From: an uncultured Bacilli bacterium
GTDB taxonomy: Bacteria > Bacillota_I > Bacilli_A > RF39 > UBA660
Length of the DNA: 54,405 nt
NCBI GenBank assembly: GCA_947628965.1
Contig: CANRBV010000004.1
Location: 1-54,405 of the forward strand
Reading direction: 5' to 3'
Shown: in pieces, positions 34,716 to 44,034 of the stretch
How the letters are laid out: every line of letters starts with the position of its first letter
Position numbering within the stretch: position 1 is the first letter of the stretch
The notes under the pieces: generated by a model
What the model saw: only the letters and a program-made list of their open reading frames with translations
Database searches by the model: none
Told to the model about the DNA's origin: nothing
Translations under genes and position numbers: made by a program

Positions 34716-36737
34716 ATGAAAAAATTAGTCATTGTTGAGTCTCCAGCAAAGAGTAAAACAATTGAAAAATACTTAGGTAGTGATTATAAAGTTGTTTCAA
34801 GCAAAGGACACATTCGCGACTTAGCAACAAGTGGAAAATTTGGTTTAGGTGTTGATGTAGATCACGATTTTAAACCCAATTATATTCCTATAAAAGGAAA
34901 AATGAAAGATATTAATGCTTTGAAAAAAGATGTCAAAAATTCCAGCTTTGTTTATTTAGCAACTGACCCAGACCGAGAAGGGGAAGCTATTTCTTGGCAT
35001 TTAAAAGATACATTAGATATTGAGGATAACTATAGTCGTGTCGTTTTTAACGAAATAACAAAGGATGTTGTAATCGATGCTATGAAGCATCCTCGTAAAA
35101 TAGATGAAAATTTAGTAAAAAGTCAAGAAACAAGAAGAATTTTAGATCGTATTATCGGATTTCGATTAAGTAAATTAATGCAATCTAAAACAGGTGGAAA
35201 AAGTGCTGGTCGAGTGCAAAGTGTAGCATTAAAATTGATTGTTGATCGTGAACGTGAAATTGAGGCCTTTATTCCTGAAGAATATTGGACAATTACTGCT
35301 GATTTTAAAGATTTTACAGCTGATTTAGAGAAATATCATGGTAAAAAAGTAGAGATTAAAAGTGAAATAGAAGCTAGTGAAATTCTTGATAAGCTATCCA
35401 AATCTTTTAAATTAGAAGATATTAAGGAAAGTGATACTTCTAAAAGTGCTAAGCCTGTTTTTAAAACAAGTACCATGCAAAGAATGGCAGCGAATCGTAT
35501 TAATTTTGCTCCATCCAAAACAATGCGTATTGCCCAAAAGCTTTATGAAGGAATTGATATTGGTAGTGAAACAGTTGGTTTAATAACTTATATGCGTACT
35601 GATTCTGAAAGAATTTCCAGCTCTTTTGTTTCGGAAACTTATGAATATATTAAAAAAAATTATGGCCCAGAATATATTGGAAGTGTTAAGGTAGGTAAAA
35701 AAGATAAAACAATGCAAGATGCCCATGAAGGTATAAGGCCTACAAGCATTTATCGTACACCTGAAAGTGTAAAAAAGTATTTAACAAATGATGAATATAA
35801 GTTATATAATTTAATTTATATTCGTGCCTTATCTTCTTTAATGGCGAATGCAAAATTTAAAACTACTACGATTATTTTAGAAAATAACGGCTATACTTTT
35901 AAAACAACAGGCAGTGTGCTTACTTTTGAAGGATATTTAAAAATCTATGCTAGTTTTGAAGAGCAAACCGATACTCTTCTGCCTGATTTTCAAAGTTATA
36001 AAAGTAGTACTATTATTGCCAATCGTATTTTAAAGGAACAACACTTTACAAAACCACTTCCAAGATATACGGAAAGCAGTTTAATTAAAGAAATGGAAAA
36101 TTTAGGAATAGGAAGACCAAGTACTTATTCAACTATTTTATCTACGATTAAGGATCGTGGATATGTTACCATTTTAGATAAAAAAATGATTCCAACAGAT
36201 ATTGGTGTAGAAACAACCGATAAATTACAAGAATTCTTTAGTGATATTGTCAATGTTGAATATACAAGTGCTATGGAAACTGATTTAGACAAAATTGCTG
36301 ATGAAGAAAAAGATAATATTAAAGTTTTACATGAATTTTATAATAAATTTGAACCATGTGTAGAGGAAGCATTTGCCAAAATGGAAAAGAAAGAAGCTGA
36401 AAAGACTGGTGAAGTTTGCCCTGAATGTGGCAATGATTTAGTAATTCGTAATGGAAAATACGGAAAATTTACCGCTTGTTCAAATTATCCAGATTGTAAA
36501 TATATTAAAAAAGAAGAAAAAGTGATTACTGAACTTTGCGATTGCCCAAAATGTGATGGAAAAATAGTTGAAAAAAGAACCCGAAAAGGAAAATTTTTCT
36601 ATGGTTGTTCAAATTATCCAAAATGCGATTTTGCTTCTTGGTATAAACCAACTGGTGAAATATGTCCAAATTGTAATTGGCCACTTGTTGAAAAGAAGAA
36701 TAAAATTGCTTGTTCAAACTGTGATTTCGAAAAATAA
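34716..36737 (+). CDS. topA: DNA topoisomerase I
   Basis: LVIVESPAK, ATDPDREGE, SAGRVQS, LITYMRTD, C-terminal C4 zinc ribbons. Confidence 0.99.
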   Translation: MKKLVIVESPAKSKTIEKYLGSDYKVVSSKGHIRDLATSGKFGLGVDVDHDFKPNYIPIKGKMKDINALKKDVKNSSFVYLATDPDREGEAISWHLKDTLDIEDNYSRVVFNEITKDVVIDAMKHPRKIDENLVKSQETRRILDRIIGFRLSKLMQSKTGGKSAGRVQSVALKLIVDREREIEAFIPEEYWTITADFKDFTADLEKYHGKKVEIKSEIEASEILDKLSKSFKLEDIKESDTSKSAKPVFKTSTMQRMAANRINFAPSKTMRIAQKLYEGIDIGSETVGLITYMRTDSERISSSFVSETYEYIKKNYGPEYIGSVKVGKKDKTMQDAHEGIRPTSIYRTPESVKKYLTNDEYKLYNLIYIRALSSLMANAKFKTTTIILENNGYTFKTTGSVLTFEGYLKIYASFEEQTDTLLPDFQSYKSSTIIANRILKEQHFTKPLPRYTESSLIKEMENLGIGRPSTYSTILSTIKDRGYVTILDKKMIPTDIGVETTDKLQEFFSDIVNVEYTSAMETDLDKIADEEKDNIKVLHEFYNKFEPCVEEAFAKMEKKEAEKTGEVCPECGNDLVIRNGKYGKFTACSNYPDCKYIKKEEKVITELCDCPKCDGKIVEKRTRKGKFFYGCSNYPKCDFASWYKPTGEICPNCNWPLVEKKNKIACSNCDFEK

Positions 36738-36937
36738 CTATCTAAGAAGAGATAATCTCTCTTTTTTTTAAATTTTACAAATTTTATTAAAATTGGTTTA
36801 AAAAAGATAAATTTTTATTAAAATTTTTCTTTTTTTATAACAAATTTATGTAAAATGAAACTAAATTTGCAAAATTGGTAATTTGCAATCTTTTTTTTTC
36901 TTTGTTATATTCCCGTTTAGAAAGGAGGTAACTTATT

Positions 36938-37282
36938 ATGAATCAGGTTGTTTTGGTTGGTAGACTTTGTTGTGAACCAGAAATTATTGGAGATGATGAA
37001 AGAAAAAGAAGTATTATAACCATAGCTGTAAATCGTCCTTTTAAAAATATGGATGGTATTTACGAAACAGATTTTATTCGTTGTGTTTTGTGGAATAATA
37101 TTGCTCTAAATACTTTTGAGTATTGTCATACAGGAGATGTCATTGGTATAAAGGGAAGACTTCAAACAAGCAGTTATGAAGATGAACAAAAAAATAAAAA
37201 ATCTGTTATGGATGTCATCGCTGAAAAAGTTACTTTTTTATCTTCAAATAATAAAAATTCGGAAAAAGAAAGAAAAGAATAA
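36938..37282 (+). CDS. ssb: Short single-stranded DNA-binding protein (SsbB-like, no acidic tail)
   Basis: MNQVVLVGRL, IAVNRPFKN, DFIRCVLW, GRLQTSSY; lacks the C-terminal DDxPF tail. Confidence 0.9.
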   Translation: MNQVVLVGRLCCEPEIIGDDERKRSIITIAVNRPFKNMDGIYETDFIRCVLWNNIALNTFEYCHTGDVIGIKGRLQTSSYEDEQKNKKSVMDVIAEKVTFLSSNNKNSEKERKE

Positions 37283-37297
37283 CATATATTTAACTAG

Positions 37298-38101
37298 GTG
37301 ATTTTTTTGAAGAAGATATATAAAACTTTAGGACTAGTAGCAATTACTCTTTTTAGTTTTTATTATACGGAAAAAATTGCAATTTTAATGCAAAATAAAA
37401 GTCCCATTATGCAAAGCATTAATGAAATTGAAGACAACTATAAAGTTGAAGCTGTTAATGCAACCATAGAGGAAAATTATGTTATTCCTGGCATTATGGG
37501 ACGAATGATTAATAAATCAAAAAGTTATGTTAATATGAAAGCTTTTGGCTTATTTAATGAATATTATTTGATTTTTGATAATATTAAACCCGATATATCT
37601 TTAGAAGATAATAAAGATAAAATTATTAAAAAAGGAAATAAAGAAAAGAAAGCAGTTGCTTTTTTATTAGAGGATGGAAGTGAGCAAATTAAGAATTACC
37701 TCAAAGAAAATAAAATACCTGCTAGTCTTTTAATACAAGAAAATACTTATCAAAATAATAATTATTTTGAACAAATTAATAATGATAAGGAAAAATATAA
37801 AAATGTAGAGAGTTTATTAAATAAAAATAATCAAAATAAAAATATTTGTTATATAAAAAATTTAGGTAAAGATTTATGCCAAAAAGAAAAAAAATATTTA
37901 ATAGAGGAAACAATGACTTTGAATAGTAATAATTTAATAGAAGCTAAAAAAAGAGTAGAAAGTGGAGCAATTTTCTATATTCAAAAAAATGTCAATCTAG
38001 AACATTTGAAACTTTTAATAAAAGAAATTGAATTTAAAGGTTTAAAAATTATAACTGTAAGTGATTTAATAAGTGAAAAGGAAATGCAATATAAAAATTA
38101 A
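37298..38101 (+). CDS. Degenerate polysaccharide deacetylase-like membrane protein
   Basis: N-terminal TM; KAVAFLL, ESGAIF, IEFKGLKIITVSDLI resemble NodB-fold ends; catalytic motifs not evident. Confidence 0.55.
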   Translation: MIFLKKIYKTLGLVAITLFSFYYTEKIAILMQNKSPIMQSINEIEDNYKVEAVNATIEENYVIPGIMGRMINKSKSYVNMKAFGLFNEYYLIFDNIKPDISLEDNKDKIIKKGNKEKKAVAFLLEDGSEQIKNYLKENKIPASLLIQENTYQNNNYFEQINNDKEKYKNVESLLNKNNQNKNICYIKNLGKDLCQKEKKYLIEETMTLNSNNLIEAKKRVESGAIFYIQKNVNLEHLKLLIKEIEFKGLKIITVSDLISEKEMQYKN

Positions 38102-38134
38102 AAGGGGAAATAATTTTCTTCTTTTTTTCATGTC

Positions 38135-38163
38135 TTGAAAATATTATTATTTTTTTGTACAAT
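38135..38163 (+). promoter_or_regulatory. sigmaA-type promoter of surface protein gene A
   Basis: TTGAAA(38135)-17-TACAAT(38158); GAGGAGG SD before ATG38192. Confidence 0.65.
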
Positions 38164-38191
38164 AAAAGCAACAATAGAGGAGGATAAAAAC

Positions 38192-40290
38192 ATGAATCGT
38201 TTTAAAGAGAACCTCCCAACCAAGACAAATAGAGGTCTCGGGGGGGGGGTATATTAGAAAGTAAAAGAAAGAAACCCAGAGACCAAATAAAATGGTTAGT
38301 CCTTGGAATCGTCATAATAGGACTAAGTATCCTAGGAACAAGTTATGCTTATTGGAACTATACAGCAAGTCAAAATAAATATAATGAAGTAAGAAGTAGC
38401 TGTTTAAAACTAGCTATGGAAAATGAAAAAGATGCAATTAGTTTAAAAGAAGCTTATCCCTTAACAGATGAAGAAGGAAAAAAATTACAACCCTATACAT
38501 TTACAATACAAAACCTATGTGAAGAAAAAGCAAATTATACAGTAAAAGTAGAGAAATTAAAAAGAAAAGGAAAAGAAGAAACTACAATATTAGATAGTAA
38601 GTATGTAGCAATAGAAGTAAATGAAGGACAAAAAGAGATATTAGGGGATTATACAAAAGGAAGAAGTACCTATGAAGGAGAAGAGTACGAATCTATAGAA
38701 GCAAGAGAGATAGTAAAAGGAACAATAGAAGGAAAAGGAACAAAGGAATATAAAATAAGATTGTGGATGGATGAAAGTGTAGAAGCAACAGAAGAAACAA
38801 TGAATAAAAGTTTTATAAGTAAGATAGTAGTGGATGGAAATCTAAATGAGTTAGCAGAATATAACGAACCTATCTTACATGGAACAGATCCAGTATTAAA
38901 AGAAGAACTAGTACCAGTCGTAATAGATGATACAGGAAAAGTCACGAAAGCCAATACTAAAGAAGAGTGGTACAACTATGAAGAAAAAAGATGGGCAAAT
39001 GCGGTAATACTTACAAATAATAAAACAGCTGATAATTATAAAGAAGGAGAACAAATACTAGAAAGTGACATAGAAAGTTATTTTGTATGGATACCAAGAT
39101 ACAATTATAAATTATTTAATACAACGAATTTTACCTATACAGCATCAACTGAAGGAGAAGTAGCAAGTCCACAAATAATAGAGGTAAGGTTTGGAACAAA
39201 AGAAACAAATGATAAAAATAAAAATGAATGCACAACACCAGGAGAATCAGGTAATATTGGAAACTGCAACAATGGCGATTGGATGACGCATCCAGCATTT
39301 CTAGCATTTCCTAATACGAAAGGTTTATGGGTCGGCAAATTTGAGACAGGATATAAGGGAGCAACCAGTACAACTACTGCTCAACATAATATAAATAACT
39401 CAAAACAAGTTATTATAAAACCAAATGTGTACAGTTGGAGAAGTATACAAGTATCAAATGCCTATCAAACTTCCTTTGGATATAAACGAGAATTAGAAAG
39501 TCATATGATGAAGAATACAGAGTGGGGAGCAGTAGCTTATTTACAACAAAGTTTGTATGGTTCTCATGAAAGTGTCAGAATTAATAACAATCGTGCTTAT
39601 TTAACAGGATATGCTGCAGTGAATAAACCAACTTGTGGATATACAGCAACAAATGAAACATGCAATAAATATGAAGAGGTGAATCTAGGGACAGGAATGA
39701 ATGCTCAAGATGGAACTTATACCTTAAATTATTTTAACTCAAAAAGTGTTTCTGCAAGTACTACTGGAAACTATTACGGTATTTATGATATGAGCGGAGG
39801 ATCAGTTGAATACATGATGGCTGTGATGGTAGATGAAAATGGCAAACCATCAAGTGGAAGGAATAGTCTTTATAATAGTGGATTCAATGGAACATTAACA
39901 TGTCCCAATTGCGCAGAAGGAACATTAAAACCAGATGGTACAACTGAGGTAAAAGATGGAATAGATTTTCCAAGGGAATCGAAATATTATGATACTTATA
40001 AATATTCGAAGAGTGCTAATGATTATACAAACGGAATCTTAGGAGATGCATCAAGTGAAATGGGCCCATTTAAAAATGCGGTTTATACTCCAACAAATGG
40101 TGAAGAAGCTCAAACAAGACATATTAGCGGGTGGTATGACGAAGATATATTACCTATTATTTATGGATTTCCATGGATCATGCGAGGTTTAGGTACTTCT
40201 CATGGTATTGGTGCAGGAATCTTTTCTTTGGATCGTGCTTATGGAAATTTGAGTAACGTTCGCAGTTTCCGTATTGTTCTTGCACTTTAA
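38192..40290 (+). CDS. Surface protein A: SipW-class signal plus C-terminal FGE-sulfatase/CLec-like domain; frameshifted at G10 (699 aa if G11)
   Basis: Leader frame stops at TAG after GGGVY; -1 frame from 38251 gives ...WLVLGIVIIGLSILGTSYAYW and is open into ORF 38416; GIYDMSGG and FRIVLAL motifs. Confidence 0.85.
38240..38249 (+). repeat. Poly-G (G10) contingency tract
   Basis: Ten consecutive G in an AT-rich genome, starting at codon 17 of gene A. Confidence 0.9.
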
Positions 40291-40498
40291 TTTAAAAAAT
40301 GAAAAAAATACCAATTTTTTAAAATTTAGTTCAAAAAAGACAAATTTGTTCTAATAATTTGTCTTTTTCTATGGAAATTTTGGTTAAAACTTTATTAAAT
40401 ATATATTTGCTTTTCTATTTTTTCTTTGCTATATTGACCATACGAGTATTAAATTATGGTGTTTGCCACCAATTTTTAAAAGAAACGAGGTGGCCACG

Positions 40499-40582
40499 AT
40501 GACAAAAAAAGATTTTTTAATTGCAGCATTGATCGTGATAATTATTTTATTAATCGTATTCTTGATAATTAACGTTTGTTAA
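40499..40582 (+). CDS. 27-aa hydrophobic peptide, candidate type I toxin (copy 2, identical)
   Basis: Same as 31043-31126; promoter TTGCTT 40407 / TATATT 40430. Confidence 0.7.
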   Translation: MTKKDFLIAALIVIIILLIVFLIINVC

Positions 40583-40606
40583 ATTAGTGGTTTTGGTTGA
40601 TAAGGT

Positions 40607-40677
40607 AAGAAAAAACACCATTTCCAATAAGGAATGATGTTTGCCAAACGGGCAAGCACTAAATTTAGTACTCGCAT
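40607..40677 (-). ncRNA. Candidate antisense antitoxin sRNA (copy 2)
   Basis: Minus-strand TTGCAT(40712-40707)-17-TATAAT(40689-40684); same hairpins; ends are approximate. Confidence 0.55.
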
Positions 40678-40773
40678 AATTAAATTATACTATAAAATAT
40701 AAATAAATGCAAATTGGATTGAAAGTAAAGGAAAAAAAGAGTAAAATGAAATTAAGATATGGAGGATTAAAAC

Positions 40774-42695
40774 ATGAATCATTTTAAAGAGAACCTCCCA
40801 ACCAAGACTAGTAGGCGTCTCGGGGGGGGGGTATATTAGAAAGTAAAAGAAAGAAACCCAGAGACCAAATAAAATGGTTAGTCCTTGGAATCGCCATAAT
40901 AGGATTAAGTATTTTAGGAACAAGTTATGCTTATTGGAACTATACAACACATCAAGAAGGAATAAATGAAATCCAAACTTCTTGTATTAAATTAGCATTA
41001 GAAAATGAATTAAATAGTATCACAATAGAAAATGCATATCCTTTAAAGGATGAAGAAGGAGAAAAATTAACGCCTTATAAATTTACAATAAAAAATGTAT
41101 GCAAAACAACAGTGAATTACACAATAAAAATAGAACAATTAAAACCAAATAACGAAGAAGAAACAAATCAAATAGAAAGTAAGTATATAGCAATAGAAGT
41201 AAATGAAGGACAAAAAGAGATATTAGGGGATTATACAAAAGGAAGAAGTACCTATGAAGGAGAAGAGTACGAATCTATAGAAGCAAGAGAGATAGTAAAA
41301 GGAACATTAAAAGGAGAAGAAAGTAGAAACTATGCTATAAAACTATGGATGGATGAAAATGTAACATTAGAAGATAATGTAGTAAATAAAAAGTTTATAG
41401 GTAAAGTTGTAGTAGATGGAAATCTAAATGAGTTAGCAGAATATAACGAACCCATCTTACATGGAACGAATCCAGTACTAAAAGAAGAATTAGTGCCAGT
41501 CGTAATAGATGATAAAGGAAATGTAACAAAAGCCAATACCAAAGAAGAGTGGTACAACTATGAAGAAAAAAGATGGGCAAATGCAATCATCTTAGCAAAT
41601 GGAAGTTCTGAAGATTATAAAGAAGGAGAACAAATACCAGAAGAGGATATAGAAAGTTATTTTGTATGGATACCCAGATATAATTATAAACTTTTTGATA
41701 TGGGAGAATATACTAGTGTAACGGATGCAATAACAAACAAAGGACCCACAACAGCAATTCAAATAAGATTTGGAACAAGCGATACAACCGATACAAAAAA
41801 AGAATGTGCAACGCCAAAAGTGTCAGGGGAAAGTGGAGATTGTGCAGTAGGGAAGTGGATGACGCATCCAGCATTTTTAGCTTTTGAAAACACCAAAGGA
41901 TTATGGGTAGGCAAATTTGAAACAGGATATAATCAAAGTGAAGATGGTTCATTAAAAGATACAACAAGTTGGACTAAAGAAAATGCAGTACAAAAGGTTA
42001 GTGATCCTGAAAAAATTATCATCAAGCCAAATTTGTATAGTTGGAGTGGAATGGTCATAGCAAATGCCTACCAAACAAGTTTTAATTATAAACGAGATTT
42101 AGAAAGTCATATGATGAAGAATACAGAGTGGGGAGCTGTAGCTTACCTTACCAATTCTTTATATGGAAGATGTACGAAAGTAAATGGGCAAGCTACTTGT
42201 ACAGAAGTAACACAAAATCGAAATAGTGAGTCTTTAACAGGCTATACATATGAAAGCGGTAAATATCCAAATTCAACGGGAGCAAGTACAACCGCTAATC
42301 GTTCAGGAATCTATGATATGAGTGGGGGAAATTGGGAAAGCGTTATGGGAATTATGGCGAATGCAAATGGTACTTTGCAATTCAATACAGAGAGTGGATT
42401 TACAAACGAAAATTTTCCAACCGAGGAGAAATATTATGATAAATATTTGTATAATTCACATCTCCAAATTTATAATAAAAGAATCCTTGGAGATGCAACT
42501 GGAGAATTGGGACCTTTTTCAAGTAAGAATGGTACGATAAGTTCAATGTATAGTGATTATGCTTGGTTTGTTTGTTATAATGGCATTTTCTTTCGCCGTG
42601 GTGGACATGTTAGTACTGGATCTAATGATGGACTTTTTGCCTTTTATTATATGAATGGTAATATGGGTGTTTTTCGTATTGTTCTTGCCTTATAA
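40774..42695 (+). CDS. Surface protein B, paralogue of A; frameshifted at G10 (640 aa if G11)
   Basis: GGAGG SD; MNHFKENLPTKTSRRLGGGVY-stop; -1 frame from 40833 is open into ORF 41112; TSYAYW signal, GIYDMSGGNWE, FRIVLAL. Confidence 0.85.
40822..40831 (+). repeat. Poly-G (G10) contingency tract
   Basis: Ten G starting at codon 17 of gene B. Confidence 0.9.
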
Positions 42696-42773
42696 AAGGT
42701 CTATTTATGTTAAAAATTTTAAAATAAAATGAGTAAAAAAAAATAAAAATTCATAGAGCGAAGTTTTATTTTT

Positions 42774-43391
42774 TTAAAATTTTCTATAAAGACCAATGGC
42801 TTTTCCTAAAATTGTACAATCATTTAATATAATCGGGGCCATGGTATCATTTTCAGGCTGTAAGCGAATATGATCCTTTTCTTTGTAGAAGGTTTTTAAT
42901 GTAACTTCATTATCAAAAGTCATCGCTACAACTATATCACCATTTCTTGCTACTTTTTGTTTTTGGACAATGACATAATCTCCATCAAATATACCTTTGT
43001 TTATCATAGATTCACCACTAACATGAAGAGCAAAGACAGTTTCTTTTTTAGGAACTAAAGATGCAGGAATATTAAAAAATTCGTTTGGTTGTTCTATTGC
43101 TTCAATAGGACTACCTGCTGTTATTTTTCCTAGCAATGGAATTTTAATAACATCTTCGTCTTTTTCTAAATATTCATTTTCAACAAGAACTTCTATTGTT
43201 CTAAATTTGTTATTGCTTGTTTTAATGACACCAGCGCTCTCTAATTTTTTTATGTGAGCATGGACAGTTGCTGGGCTTGATAATCCAAGACCTTCACATA
43301 TTTCGCGAATAGAAGGTGGAAATCCATGCATTGCCGTGTATTTTTTAATAAAAGTTAAGACTTCAGTTTGTTTTAGTGTTAATTCTTTCAT
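42774..43391 (-). CDS. lexA: SOS repressor LexA
   Basis: GFPPSIREI, SSPATVH, AG cleavage site, GESM (Ser), TLK (Lys). Confidence 0.98.
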   Translation of the reverse strand: MKELTLKQTEVLTFIKKYTAMHGFPPSIREICEGLGLSSPATVHAHIKKLESAGVIKTSNNKFRTIEVLVENEYLEKDEDVIKIPLLGKITAGSPIEAIEQPNEFFNIPASLVPKKETVFALHVSGESMINKGIFDGDYVIVQKQKVARNGDIVVAMTFDNEVTLKTFYKEKDHIRLQPENDTMAPIILNDCTILGKAIGLYRKF

Positions 43392-43414
43392 AAAAGTTTT
43401 TCCTTTCCATTTTT

Positions 43415-43492
43415 ATATTAACACTTTATGTGTAAAAAGTCAAACAAATGTTCACAATTCTTCTTGACACGAACAAATATACGTGTTAATCT
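43415..43492. promoter_or_regulatory. Divergent lexA / SOS-operon promoters with SOS (Cheo) boxes
   Basis: Minus TTGACT(43443-43438)-17-TAATAT; plus TTGACA(43464)-17-TAATCT; AAACAAATGTTC at 43442-43453 and CGAACAAATATACG at 43470-43483 resemble GAAC-N4-GTTC. Confidence 0.8.
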
Positions 43493-43515
43493 TAAAACAG
43501 AAAGAAGGAATGTAT

Positions 43516-43662
43516 ATGAAAAAAATATGGACAAAATATTGTGGAGCTATTTTGCTCTACTCGGTGGTCTTTTTTGGTATCATTGCCATCAATATCAGAT
43601 ATAAATTTTTGAATGAACAAAATATAGAAAGGGATTGCTCAATTGTAGCAATTGGAGATTAA
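43516..43662 (+). CDS. 48-aa single-pass membrane protein in the yneA position (candidate SOS division inhibitor)
   Basis: AAGGA SD; MKKIWTKYCGAILLYSVVFFGIIAINIRYKFLNEQNIERDCSIVAIGD; missed by the ORF track. Confidence 0.7.
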   Translation: MKKIWTKYCGAILLYSVVFFGIIAINIRYKFLNEQNIERDCSIVAIGD

Positions 43663-43663
43663 T

Positions 43664-43987
43664 ATGCAAGAACAACTTATATACTCCTTATCACGTGGGG
43701 ACAATTTAGATTATATTCAAAAATATGTTTTAGAAAAAGAAAAAGGAACTAAAGTTATTCAAAAAGATATTTCTAATGAAATGTTTCATTTATTTTTTGG
43801 TATTATGGAATTAGGAAAAGAAGTAAGAAATGCTTTAAAAAATGATACCTATTTAGATACCGAACTGAAAATAGCGGATATATTCCTCATCTTAATTGCT
43901 CTATGCAATAATTTGAATATCAATTTATTTGATGCTTTAATAAAAAAAGAACAATTTTTAAATGGAAAAATGGCAAAATGGTTTTAA
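43664..43987 (+). CDS. MazG-like nucleotide pyrophosphatase fold protein, degenerate
   Basis: ELGKEVR and ELKIADIFLILIALCNNLNINL..A...KE pattern; GGAG SD before ATG43664. Confidence 0.65.
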   Translation: MQEQLIYSLSRGDNLDYIQKYVLEKEKGTKVIQKDISNEMFHLFFGIMELGKEVRNALKNDTYLDTELKIADIFLILIALCNNLNINLFDALIKKEQFLNGKMAKWF

Positions 43988-44034
43988 TTTTTGCCATTTT
44001 TTGTTATACTTAACAAAGAATAGGTAGGGATAGT

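Larger units (their letters stand above)
40313..40820 (+). repeat. Copy 2 of the ~510-bp duplicated cassette
   Basis: Near-identical to 30857-31365. Confidence 0.97.

Noticed and set aside
36780-36930. ComK boxes upstream of the short ssb
   Set aside because: AAAA-N5-TTTT-like matches are imperfect and expected by chance at this AT content.
40690-40950. 86-aa minus-strand ORF across the cassette and poly-G (PPPP run)
   Set aside because: It is the antisense reading of the promoter, leader and G tract; the proline run only mirrors the G10.
38416-42695. A complete DGR in this window
   Set aside because: No reverse transcriptase, Avd or AAC-rich template repeat is visible, so the genes are reported only as possible remote targets.
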